From NCBI GenBank assembly GCA_039588055.1, contig JBDHAN010000004.1, positions 807 to 64,806 on the forward strand: a stretch of DNA of 64,000 bases, written 5' to 3'. The DNA comes from Gemmatimonadota bacterium (GTDB lineage: Bacteria; Gemmatimonadota; Gemmatimonadetes; Gemmatimonadales; GWC2-71-9). The notes beneath the pieces were generated by a model, which saw nothing but the letters and a program-made list of their open reading frames with translations, had not been told where the DNA came from and did not search any database. Below are positions 1 to 8,863 of the stretch, one piece after another; positions within the stretch are counted from its first letter, which is position 1, and each line of letters opens with the position of its first letter. A program made the position numbers and the translations under genes.

Positions 1-1184
1 CTCGCCACTGTTTCGCCCGCGTCCGGCTTGTTCGTCCCAATAATCCCGCTCGGACCGCGCTTGATCCACCCCGTCACGTAGAGTCCCGGCACGGGGCGTC
101 CGTTTTCGGGATCGACCACCCGGCCTTGATCGCTGGGAATCACACCGCGCCGCTCCTCGAACGGGAGCTGCGGCAGAGCCACCCCTCGATATCCCACGGA
201 CCGGAACACGAGCTTGACCGGAAGATTCTCGTGCTCGTCGGACGGCTTCGGTCTCAGAGCGCCGTCTTCGGCACGATAGAGAACATTTCGGACGAGCCGC
301 ATCCCGGCCACCCGTCCATCGCTATCTGCGGTCAGCTCCACCGGTGAGACGAGGAATCGGAGCTTCAGTTGCCGCGCCCTCCCCTGGGGCGCCCGTGCCG
401 CCAACGCCCGCAGAATCTCCACCTTCTTCTGGGCGGCGCGATCGTCGCCCTTTGCGAGCTCCGACTCGCTCAGAGTGTCGAGCTCGAGATCCGAGCGACG
501 GACAATGAGGTCCGCCCCCTCCAGCTCGCCGAGCTCCTTGACCTCGGCGTTCGTAAACGCCGCCTGTGCCGGTCCCCGCCGACCGAGCATGTACACCTCT
601 TTGATCCGGCTCGCACGAAGAGTCTCGAGCGCGTAATCGGCGATATCGGTCTTCTCCAGTTCCTCGGGAGTTCGACACAGGACTCGGGCGACATCGACGG
701 CGACGTTTCCGACACCTACAACAGCCGCGCACTCAACCGACAGGTCAAACGTGTGATCCCGGTAGTCGGGGTGCCCATTGTACCACGCCACGAACTCCGT
801 GGCCGGATGGCTGCGGTCGAGCTCCTCGCCAGGAATGCCCATCGACCGGTCTGTCTGCGCGCCAGTGGCAAAGCAGACAGCGTGGTAGTGGCGCCGAAGA
901 TCGTCCAGCGTCACATGACGCCCATACTCGACGTTGCCGAAGAAGCGAAACTCCGGCCGCGAGGCGACACGATCAAAGGCTTTGGTCGCTTTCTTGATCT
1001 TCTGATGATCCGGCGCCACACCGTACCGCACCAACCCGAACGGCATGGGAAGCCGCTCGAACATGTCGACACGTACCGTCAGGTCGTCCCGACGAAACAA
1101 GTGTTCTGCCGTGTAGAACCCCGCGGGACCCGAGCCCACAATCGCAACGCACAGTGGTCTCTCAGACGTGCCGGACACGCTCAT
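1..1184 (-). CDS. Ferredoxin/adrenodoxin--NADP+ reductase (FprA-like), 3' end beyond window
   Basis: Not in ORF track (runs off the edge). Manual minus-strand translation from ATG 1184: MSVSGTSERPLCVAIVGSGPAGFYTAEHL...DMFERLPMPFGLVRYGVAPDHQKIK, later GNGNVAVDVAR and GWIKRGPSGIIGTNK. Confidence 0.9.
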   Translation of the reverse strand, partial: MSVSGTSERPLCVAIVGSGPAGFYTAEHLFRRDDLTVRVDMFERLPMPFGLVRYGVAPDHQKIKKATKAFDRVASRPEFRFFGNVEYGRHVTLDDLRRHYHAVCFATGAQTDRSMGIPGEELDRSHPATEFVAWYNGHPDYRDHTFDLSVECAAVVGVGNVAVDVARVLCRTPEELEKTDIADYALETLRASRIKEVYMLGRRGPAQAAFTNAEVKELGELEGADLIVRRSDLELDTLSESELAKGDDRAAQKKVEILRALAARAPQGRARQLKLRFLVSPVELTADSDGRVAGMRLVRNVLYRAEDGALRPKPSDEHENLPVKLVFRSVGYRGVALPQLPFEERRGVIPSDQGRVVDPENGRPVPGLYVTGWIKRGPSGIIGTNKPDAGETVA

Positions 1185-1293
1185 GGTCGTTCCCTCGTAA
1201 ACGAAGCTGGAGATGATGATATCGCGCGAGCTGAGGCGCTGTAAGGTCGTGGTAAGGTGGCGAGAGGACGGAGCACACCCTAGCTTCTCGGCG

Positions 1294-1839
1294 ATGAAGA
1301 TCTACACCAGAACCGGCGACGGGGGCGAGACATCGCTCCTCGGTGGAGGTCGCGTATCAAAAGGGGACCCGAGGGTGGACGCCTACGGCAATGTCGACGA
1401 GTTGAACGCACTCCTCGGACTCGTTGCCGCGACTGCACCTGAGCAGTTCCAGAGCGACCTTCTCGAATCGATACAGCGTGATCTGTTCGCGATCGGCGGT
1501 CGCCTTGCGAGCCCGGAGCCAGAACGCGTCGCCAACGTGTTGAAAAAGGCCGTGATTGCGCCGGAGCGTGTCGACGCGCTCGAGCGAGCCATCGACCGAG
1601 CAGACCAGACGCTTCCCCCGCTCGACAATTTTGTGCTTCCCGGCGGCACCCAGAAGGCGGCTCTCCTCCATATCGCCCGTACGGTATGCCGCCGCGCGGA
1701 GCGGAGTGTGGTGGCCCTACACGCCCATACAGATGTTCCAGACGAGATTCTCCAGTACCTCAACCGTCTCTCCGACCTGTTGTTCGTGCTCGCCCGGCTC
1801 GTGAACCACGAGGCTCACGTGGCAGACCGCATCTGGTAG
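1294..1839 (+). CDS. PduO-type ATP:cob(I)alamin adenosyltransferase
   Basis: MKIYTRTGDGGETSL, YGNVDELN, ARTVCRRAER and YLNRLSDLLFVLAR motifs; start moved to ATG 1294. Confidence 0.93.
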   Translation: MKIYTRTGDGGETSLLGGGRVSKGDPRVDAYGNVDELNALLGLVAATAPEQFQSDLLESIQRDLFAIGGRLASPEPERVANVLKKAVIAPERVDALERAIDRADQTLPPLDNFVLPGGTQKAALLHIARTVCRRAERSVVALHAHTDVPDEILQYLNRLSDLLFVLARLVNHEAHVADRIW

Positions 1840-1840
1840 C

Positions 1841-2758
1841 ATGCCCGCCTATCGCTTTTACCAGGTGGACGTGTTCACCGACCGCCGACTGAGTGGGAAC
1901 CCGCTTGCCGTGTTCCCCGACGCCGAGGGCCTCGAGGCGGATCGGATGCAGGCCCTGGCGCGCGAAATGAATCTGTCGGAAACCACTTTTGTCACCCGCT
2001 CGGAGCGCGCGACCCGACGAGTGCGGTTCTTCACGCCGACCGCCGAGATTCCGCTTGCCGGCCACCCCACGATTGGGACGTGGTGGGTGCTCGCCGAACT
2101 CGGACACCTCGATCTTCCGACGTCGGGCAGCGCCAACGTCACACAGGAGACCGGGCGCGGCATTCTTCCAGTGGAGATTCGCACGGCAGACGGGGCACCC
2201 AGTCTCGTGTGGATGACGCAGGCGGCACCGGAGTTCGGCTCGACGGTGCGCGACGTCGCGACGCTTGCCACATTGCTCGGCGATCAGCCCGATGCAGTCC
2301 CACCCACGCCACCCCCACAGGTCGTTTCGACCGCGCTCCCACAACTGATGGTGCCCATCCGCTCACTAAGAGCCCTGCGCGAACTCCCAAGCGGAGGGAT
2401 GGGCAGCGAGCTCGCCGCCTTCCTCCGAACGGTTGGCACAGACTGCGCAATGTGCTACACACTCGAGACGGAGGCACCAGACGCAACCGTCCACTGCCGC
2501 ATGTTCGCCCCCGGACTCGGTGTGCCCGAGGACCCGGCCACGGGCAGCGCCGCCGGCGCGCTCGGTTGCTACCTGGTCCATCACAACGTGGTCCAGCCCG
2601 TAGACGGACGCGCGCGCATCGTCGTCGAGCAGGGTCTGGAGATCGCACGACCGAGCCGCATCGAGGTAGAGATCTCGGTGAGCACGAAGGAAGAAATTCT
2701 CAGCGTGCAGGTCGGCGGGCGCGCTGTCACCATCATCGAGGGGGAGGTGCGGCTATAG
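1841..2758 (+). CDS. PhzF family isomerase/epimerase
   Basis: QVDVFT..GNPLAV, EMNLSETTF, FTPTAEIPLAGHPT, EDPATGSA, EQG..IARPS. Confidence 0.93.
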   Translation: MPAYRFYQVDVFTDRRLSGNPLAVFPDAEGLEADRMQALAREMNLSETTFVTRSERATRRVRFFTPTAEIPLAGHPTIGTWWVLAELGHLDLPTSGSANVTQETGRGILPVEIRTADGAPSLVWMTQAAPEFGSTVRDVATLATLLGDQPDAVPPTPPPQVVSTALPQLMVPIRSLRALRELPSGGMGSELAAFLRTVGTDCAMCYTLETEAPDATVHCRMFAPGLGVPEDPATGSAAGALGCYLVHHNVVQPVDGRARIVVEQGLEIARPSRIEVEISVSTKEEILSVQVGGRAVTIIEGEVRL

Positions 2759-3855
2759 CGCCGATCGTCGTCCCCGTCTCACTCCCTGCCGCACCATACC
2801 GCGTGTACATCGGCGACGGGCTCCTCGGCGATGTCGCGGCGCATATCGAGCACGATTGCCCCGCTCCTCGCTACGCGCTCATCGCAGACTCCCATGTGGG
2901 ACCGCTGTATGGAGAGTCACTCCGCGAGGCCTTGGGCTCGAGCCGTGCCGAGCTGGTCACGTTCCCGGCTGGTGAGTGGAACAAGACTCGCGACACGTGG
3001 ACAATTCTCTCCGACGAACTCCTTCATCTCCACTTCGATCGCCAGAGCGCGATCATCGGTCTGGGTGGGGGTGTGTCCGGTGATCTCGCTGGGTTCGTGG
3101 CCGCCACGTTTCTGCGCGGCATCCCTCATGTACAGGTCCCCACGACGCTCTTGGCAATGGTGGATTCGGCGATAGGCGGGAAGACCGGGGTGGACACCGC
3201 GTTTGGGAAGAACGTTATTGGCGCGTTCCACCAGCCGCGAGCCGTGTTCGCCGACGTGCAGACACTCACATCGCTTCCCCCCGTCCAGCTCGCGGCAGGC
3301 ATGGCCGAAGCCATCAAGCACGGAGTGATCGCTGATGGCGCGTACCTCGACCGAATGGTCTCCCTGCCTGACGCGATCCGTGGACGGGACACGACCGCGC
3401 TCATCGATGTCGTGCAGCGTTCCGTCGAGATCAAGGCCGCCGTCGTCAGTTCCGACGAACGGGAGCGCGACCAGCGCAGCGCCCTGAACTTCGGCCACAC
3501 GGTCGCCCACGCGTTGGAGGCACTGCTCGGTTATGAGCTGCTACACGGGGAGGCCGTCGCCATCGGAATGGTGGCCGAGGCGACCCTTGGCGAAGACATC
3601 GGCGTCACTGAGCGCGGGCTCGCCGCCCGCGTGCGGGATGCCCTCGAGCAGTTCCGACTTCCCGTCGAACCGCCCGGTGCGATCGACCGGACTCAGCTCA
3701 TCGACCGTATGACCCGAGACAAGAAGGCCCGCGACAGGACTGTCAGGTTTGCATTGCCAGCGACGATCGGAACCATGGCGCGTGACGAGCGTGGATTGCA
3801 CACGATTCCGGTGCCGGAGAGCGTCATCGACTTGGTTCTCGCTCACATCTGGTAA
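2755..3855 (+). CDS. aroB: 3-dehydroquinate synthase
   Basis: GGGVSGDLAGFVAATFLRG, VPTTLLAMVDSAIGGKTG, LNFGHT, HGEAVAIG, DKK. Start placed at ATA 2755 behind SD GGAGGT (see findings). Confidence 0.93.
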   Translation: MAPIVVPVSLPAAPYRVYIGDGLLGDVAAHIEHDCPAPRYALIADSHVGPLYGESLREALGSSRAELVTFPAGEWNKTRDTWTILSDELLHLHFDRQSAIIGLGGGVSGDLAGFVAATFLRGIPHVQVPTTLLAMVDSAIGGKTGVDTAFGKNVIGAFHQPRAVFADVQTLTSLPPVQLAAGMAEAIKHGVIADGAYLDRMVSLPDAIRGRDTTALIDVVQRSVEIKAAVVSSDERERDQRSALNFGHTVAHALEALLGYELLHGEAVAIGMVAEATLGEDIGVTERGLAARVRDALEQFRLPVEPPGAIDRTQLIDRMTRDKKARDRTVRFALPATIGTMARDERGLHTIPVPESVIDLVLAHIW

Positions 3856-3863
3856 CCGCGCAA

Positions 3864-4027
3864 CGATCCACATCTTTTCCACACAAATATTCCGACAATG
3901 CGCTCATAAACCCTTTCATGACAACCCCTTATGAGTGTCCACCAACATGCTGTACACAATGCGTGGATAGGGGAAAGTGGACAAATCGGAGAACAAGTTG
4001 TCAATAAACGATTTGTGATGTGGAAAA
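3864..4027. promoter_or_regulatory. Cluster of DnaA-box-like 9-mers with IHF-like sites (oriC-, datA/DARS-like or DnaA-regulated promoter)
   Basis: TTTTCCACA at 3875 (+) and 4019-4027 (-) match TTWTNCACA exactly; five more degenerate boxes; the region is visibly AT-rich relative to its flanks. Confidence 0.6.
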
Positions 4028-4037
4028 CTGATTTTTC

Positions 4038-4066
4038 TTGACCAACTCTCCGGTGTTTCCTATATT
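4038..4066 (+). promoter_or_regulatory. Sigma70-type promoter of the sigma factor gene
   Basis: TTGACC-N17-TATATT. Confidence 0.7.
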
Positions 4067-4144
4067 CGGCCCGCTCGGTAGTCGGTCATTTTGGCGGTCC
4101 CTCCAACCCTCCTGAAATGACCAGTCGCTAACCTCGGGGCATGT

Positions 4145-5038
4145 ATGACGCAACTCCGCAGTGCCAAGTCGAAGGGCTTCTTCCGCTCGCAAGCTTCGAC
4201 CGCGTTCGACCAGTACCTGCATGACATCCAGAAACTCCCGCTCATCGCCACTCCTGAAGAAGAGCGTCAGCTGGCCCGCCGCGCCCGAGCCGGTGATCAG
4301 CAGGCTGCGGAGCGCCTCGTCACGGCCAATCTGAGGTTCGTGATATCGTACGTGAAGAAGTACCAAGGTCACGGTCTGGATCTGTCGGAGTTGGTCGCCA
4401 TCGGGAACGAAGGCCTCCTCAAGGCGGTGAAGAAGTTCGATCCGGACCAAGGGGTGAAGTTCATCTCCTACGCGGTGTGGTGGGTGCGGCAGGCGGTGCT
4501 CAAGGCTCTGGCTGAGCAGACCCGGAGCGTGCGCATCCCGCTCAACCAGAACAGTCATCTCATCCGTATGGCTCGCACGGAGACCTATCTGTCGCAGGAG
4601 CTCGGTCGAGAGCCGACGGACGACGAGATCGCCAGGGCCCTCAACGACTCCGTCGAGAACGTGCGCAGCGCACGCCGCATGACCGCGGCGGAAATGTCGC
4701 TGGACGCTCCGGTGGATCGGTCCGACCGCGACGCGGCCACGCTCGGCGAGCGGTTCGCCGGGCAGGAAGGTGGCGAGATCGAGGAGCGAACCGACACCCG
4801 CCTCATGCGGGAGTTCATTGACAACATCCTGGACACGTACCTCACTCCGAGAGAGCGCAAGATCCTGTACCTGTATTACGGGCTGGAAGAAGGCTCTGAG
4901 GGGATGACCCTGGAAAAGATCGGAGAGTTGATGGGCGTCACCCGCGAACGCATCCGCCAGATTCGTGAGCGCGCGTTCGAGAAGCTTCGGGAAAGCCCGC
5001 ATGGGGAGGCGCTCAAGGGATTCTGGATAGCCGCCTAG
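4145..5038 (+). CDS. RNA polymerase sigma-70 factor, RpoD/RpoS-like, lacking region 1.1
   Basis: Region 1.2 FDQYLHDI, region 2 LVTANLRFV...FDPDQGVKFISYAVWWVRQA, region 4.2 TLEKIGELMGVTRERIRQI. Confidence 0.95.
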   Translation: MTQLRSAKSKGFFRSQASTAFDQYLHDIQKLPLIATPEEERQLARRARAGDQQAAERLVTANLRFVISYVKKYQGHGLDLSELVAIGNEGLLKAVKKFDPDQGVKFISYAVWWVRQAVLKALAEQTRSVRIPLNQNSHLIRMARTETYLSQELGREPTDDEIARALNDSVENVRSARRMTAAEMSLDAPVDRSDRDAATLGERFAGQEGGEIEERTDTRLMREFIDNILDTYLTPRERKILYLYYGLEEGSEGMTLEKIGELMGVTRERIRQIRERAFEKLRESPHGEALKGFWIAA

Positions 5039-5056
5039 GCACCAGCGTTCGGCACC

Positions 5057-5096
5057 GCGACGACGGGTCCAGGGATGTTCCTGGGCCCGTCGTCGC
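5057..5096 (+). terminator. Strong GC-rich hairpin after sigma gene (no U-tract)
   Basis: GCGACGACGGGTCCAGG / CCTGGGCCCGTCGTCGC, 17-bp stem with one G-U pair. Confidence 0.6.
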
Positions 5097-5155
5097 ATAG
5101 AGGCAGCTCCGTCAGCGCTGGTCCTACGTGACACCTTCCCCCTTATCTTCTCAGC

Positions 5156-5845
5156 ATGTCCGTCAAAACCCTCCCGATCTTCCCGTTGCAGGTCGTGTTG
5201 TTTCCCGGCGTACCACAGCCTTTGCACGTATTCGAGCCGCAGTATCGTCAGATGCTGGCTGACTGCCTCGAGGGCGATCGGCGATTCGGCATCTCCTTTG
5301 TGTCGACGGACACGTCCGGCGGGTCCGGACCGCAGGAGGGAAGCATCGGGTGCACCGCGGCCATCGAGCAGGTGTGGCCGCTTCCGGACGGCCGCTCCAA
5401 CCTCCTGGCCATGGGTGAGCAGCGCTTCGAACTGCGGGAGTACCTGGAGACCGACCGCCTGTATCGAGTGGCGCTGGTCGAGCCCTTCGATGATGACGCG
5501 TGGGAAGACGGTGACGCGGACCTGCCTGGGCTCGCTGACGCCGTCCAGGGCGAATTTCATCGTTTCACCCGCACCCTGAGCGCCCTCACCGACAAGCCCC
5601 TCCACGCTGAGGAACTACCCGACGAGGCCGCTGCCCTCTCGTTCCATGTTGCCGCCGCGCTCGACATCGACCTCTCGACCAAGCAGGAGCTCCTCGAGAG
5701 CCGATCTCCCCGCGATCGACTAGAACGACTGGCAAGTCTCCTCCGCGCGGTCACCGAGGACCTTGCCACCAGAGCCTCGGTTCACCAACGGGCTAAGCGG
5801 AATGGGCGCGGACATGCGCAGCAGTCCGATCTCCAAGGCCGATGA
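5156..5845 (+). CDS. LON peptidase substrate-binding (N-terminal) domain protein
   Basis: LPIFPL.VVLFPG..PLHVFEPQYRQML, DGRSNL..G.QRF, KQELLE; no AAA or protease domain. Confidence 0.9.
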   Translation: MSVKTLPIFPLQVVLFPGVPQPLHVFEPQYRQMLADCLEGDRRFGISFVSTDTSGGSGPQEGSIGCTAAIEQVWPLPDGRSNLLAMGEQRFELREYLETDRLYRVALVEPFDDDAWEDGDADLPGLADAVQGEFHRFTRTLSALTDKPLHAEELPDEAAALSFHVAAALDIDLSTKQELLESRSPRDRLERLASLLRAVTEDLATRASVHQRAKRNGRGHAQQSDLQGR

Positions 5846-7278
5846 CGCTCAGCGCTGAGCTGCACGAGCGCCTCGTCGATACAGTGGGACCCCGTTGGGT
5901 CCGCACGGCGCCCGCCGAGCTGGAGATCTATGCCGGTGACGCGCTTCCCACCCACAGGCAGCGTCCCGCGGCGGTGGTCCTTCCCGGAACGGCTGAAGAA
6001 GTGGCGCAGGTTGTGCGCGTGCTCGCCGAGCGCAGGATGCCCTTCGTGGCGCGCGGTGCTGGCACCGGGCTCTCTGGCGGTGCGATCGCGGGACCCGACG
6101 CCGTCCTGCTGACCCTCACGCGGCTCAACCGAATTCTCGAGATCGACGCCGCCAACCGCCGCGCGGTCGTCGAAGCCGGTGTCGTAAACGTGCAACTCTC
6201 GGCGGCCGCGACGAACGTCGGTCTCCACTACGCACCGGACCCCGCGAGTCAGACGGTGTGCACGATCGGCGGGAATGTCGCCGAGAACGCCGGCGGGCCG
6301 CATTGCCTGAAGTACGGCGTCACCACCAACCACATCCTCTCGCTCGATGTCGTGCTTCCGGACGGCTCCCTCACAACGCTCGGCTCACCCAACGGCGAGC
6401 CATGGGGGCCGGATCTGGTGGGGCTGTTTGTCGGCAGTGAGGGCATGTTCGGTATTGCCGTGCGAGCGACCGTTCGGCTCACGCCGATCCCGACCGCAGT
6501 GCGCACACTGCTTGCGGACTTCGGCAGTGTCCGTCAGGCCGGACAGGCCGTGTCCAGCATCATCGGCCAGGGAATCGTGCCCGCCGCGCTCGAACTGATG
6601 GACAGAAACTGCATACGCGCCGTAGAAGATTCGATCTACGCGGCCGGCTACCCAACCGAAGCCGAGGCAATTCTACTCGTCGAGTTGGATGGTGCACACG
6701 AGGCACCGCTCGAAGAGGAGGCTGTCGAGATCGAGCAGGTCCTACGCGCGGCTGGCGCTCGCTCAGTGCGATCGGCTGGCGACGAAGAAACCCGGATGCG
6801 ATTGTGGCACGGACGCAAGAAGGCCTTCGGTGCCTTAGGACGTTTGGACCGCGACCTCGTCGTCCAGGATACGGTCGTCCCCCGGTCTTCGCTCCCGGAC
6901 GTGCTCGATCGCGTCATGCGCATCTGTCAGGATCACAACCTTTCCGTCGCCAACTTCTTCCACGCCGGTGACGGCAATCTGCATCCCAACATCACGTTCA
7001 ACGCGGAAGATCCCGAACAGACCGAGCGGGTGACACGGGCCGCTGCCGCGATCATGGATGTCTGCGTTGCGGCGGGCGGCACGATCACGGGCGAGCACGG
7101 CGTCGGGATCGACAAGATATCCTACATGCCCCTCGTTTTCGACGCCACGACATTGCGAGCGATGCGGGCCGTTCATGAGGTGTTCGACCCCAGAGGCCTC
7201 GCGAACCCAGGGAAGGTCTTCCCCGTCACAAGTCGGAAGGCGATGAACCATCTACCTGACAACGTGATTGTCCCGTGA
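5842..7278 (+). CDS. glcD: Glycolate oxidase FAD subunit GlcD-like
   Basis: RGAGTGLSGG, PDPAS, NAGGPHCLKYGVT, GSEG, HAGDGNLHP, GEHGVG, NPGK. Confidence 0.9.
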   Translation: MTLSAELHERLVDTVGPRWVRTAPAELEIYAGDALPTHRQRPAAVVLPGTAEEVAQVVRVLAERRMPFVARGAGTGLSGGAIAGPDAVLLTLTRLNRILEIDAANRRAVVEAGVVNVQLSAAATNVGLHYAPDPASQTVCTIGGNVAENAGGPHCLKYGVTTNHILSLDVVLPDGSLTTLGSPNGEPWGPDLVGLFVGSEGMFGIAVRATVRLTPIPTAVRTLLADFGSVRQAGQAVSSIIGQGIVPAALELMDRNCIRAVEDSIYAAGYPTEAEAILLVELDGAHEAPLEEEAVEIEQVLRAAGARSVRSAGDEETRMRLWHGRKKAFGALGRLDRDLVVQDTVVPRSSLPDVLDRVMRICQDHNLSVANFFHAGDGNLHPNITFNAEDPEQTERVTRAAAAIMDVCVAAGGTITGEHGVGIDKISYMPLVFDATTLRAMRAVHEVFDPRGLANPGKVFPVTSRKAMNHLPDNVIVP

Positions 7279-7661
7279 GCACTGTGCCAACGCGCTGGCG
7301 CACGACCGTGCGTGATCAGCTCCAAAACGCCACTGAGCGGGCCGCTGGTGCCCGCCGTCATCTGCTCGATGGCGACGGGAGCGCTGCCATACAGGAGGCC
7401 TATCCGGCAGCTGTGACCGGCGCGACCATTCGCGTTTGGCTCCAGTTACCTCCGTGGCAACAGGCCCTGAACGCGGACACAATGCACCGACGCGTGCACA
7501 AGGAGCTGCCGGAACTGTTCGCAGCCCTCGTTCAGGCAGACGTGCAACGGGTACTCACGACCCCGTGGCACGCTGACGATGCCCAAGCCTACGTCGAAGA
7601 GGTCGAGCAATTCGTCGCACAGACCGGTCAGCAGGTGTCACAATGGCTGGAGGATTCGTGA
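7275..7661 (+). CDS. Hypothetical helical protein (HEPN-like pattern)
   Basis: GTGA overlaps with glcD upstream and glcE downstream, so it fills the operon gap exactly. Confidence 0.7.
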   Translation: MSTVPTRWRTTVRDQLQNATERAAGARRHLLDGDGSAAIQEAYPAAVTGATIRVWLQLPPWQQALNADTMHRRVHKELPELFAALVQADVQRVLTTPWHADDAQAYVEEVEQFVAQTGQQVSQWLEDS

Positions 7662-8863
7662 GCCTGCTCGACCATCTGCAGCGTCTCCTCGGGGAGACTG
7701 CCGTGATCGAGTCCGCGGAGTCTGAATCCATCCGCGTTGCACCACGCACGGCAGAGGCCGCCGCGAAACTCCTCGGAACGGCGAGTGCTGAGAGCTGGCA
7801 CATCAGGATCGACGGGACCGGTCGCTGGATGCCCCACGACACACCTGCCGATGTCGTGCTCTCGACCGCGCTCCTCACCGATGTTCCCTACTTTGACCCA
7901 GTGGACCTCGTTGCGACCGTTGGCGGCGGTATGAGGTGGGGTGCGCTACGGCAGCTGCTCGCCGATCGCGGTTCGTGGGTCGCTCTGGATCCACCGGGCC
8001 AGGAGCGGAGTGTGGGATCCGTCGTCGTGACCGGCACAACGGGGGCGCTTCGGACCGGCTACGGAAACGTGCGTGATCACGTGTTGGGACTCACGCTGGT
8101 CGCTGGTGATGGACGCATCGTTCGCGCCGGCGGACGGGTGGTTAAGAACGTCGCCGGGGTCGACTTGCCAAAGCTCGCGACCGGAAGTTTCGGGGCGTTC
8201 GGGCTCGTCGCCTCGGTCACGCTCCGCCTGCGGGCCGTCCCTCGCACAGATGTAACCCTGCTCGCCTCCGGTTCTCGCGACCAGCTCATCGAGGACGCGC
8301 GTGAAATGTGGGCTCAGGGCATCACCCCCGCGGCGCTCGAGATCCTCAGCCCCCAGGCGATCGACGACACCGAGTGGCACCTTGCACTTCGGCTGGTGGG
8401 CAGTGCAGGCGAGGTGAGCGCGACGCGCGATGCTGCGCGTGGATGCGCCCGCTCGATACTCGCGGAACTCGCCAGCCATGAGGCTGCCAACTTCTGGCCC
8501 AGCGTAGCAGTGGGGTGTGTCCGCTCGCCCGTCACGATCAGGCTTGGGGGGCTGCTCTCGTCACTCGATCGCACGCTGGATCTGCTGTCGCATCACCTTC
8601 CCGAAGGCTGGACGTCTGCTGCCGCAGGAGCTGGCGCGATTCGCTGGAGTGGAACGGCTCCGATCGATGAACTGCGGCTCCTTCGGCACGCCGCCGCCCA
8701 ACAAGAAGTTCCGCTCACGATTGAGCGGGCGCCGTGGTCCACGCGCTCCGCGGTCGGCCACTTCGGCGCGTATCGCGAAGGTGTCGGCCGCTTGGTCGGC
8801 AACCTCCAGCAGGCCTTTGACCCAGCCCACGTGCTGAGCGTACCGGTCGGCGCAGACGCGTGA
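7658..8863 (+). CDS. glcE: Glycolate oxidase FAD subunit GlcE-like
   Basis: RDHVLG, GGRVVKNVAGVDLPKL.TGSFGAFG, terminal FDP; GTG 7658 overlaps the upstream stop. Confidence 0.88.
   Translation: MSLLDHLQRLLGETAVIESAESESIRVAPRTAEAAAKLLGTASAESWHIRIDGTGRWMPHDTPADVVLSTALLTDVPYFDPVDLVATVGGGMRWGALRQLLADRGSWVALDPPGQERSVGSVVVTGTTGALRTGYGNVRDHVLGLTLVAGDGRIVRAGGRVVKNVAGVDLPKLATGSFGAFGLVASVTLRLRAVPRTDVTLLASGSRDQLIEDAREMWAQGITPAALEILSPQAIDDTEWHLALRLVGSAGEVSATRDAARGCARSILAELASHEAANFWPSVAVGCVRSPVTIRLGGLLSSLDRTLDLLSHHLPEGWTSAAAGAGAIRWSGTAPIDELRLLRHAAAQQEVPLTIERAPWSTRSAVGHFGAYREGVGRLVGNLQQAFDPAHVLSVPVGADA

Noticed and set aside
369..1244. 291-aa plus-strand ORF
   Set aside because: Antisense shadow of the minus-strand ferredoxin-NADP reductase, which has clear family motifs.
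2080..2754. Long N-terminal extension of AroB in the ORF track
   Set aside because: Arg-rich off-frame read-through of the PhzF gene; no domain signal.
4001..5605. 534-aa minus-strand ORF
   Set aside because: Antisense to the sigma factor and LON-domain genes; typical high-GC shadow ORF.
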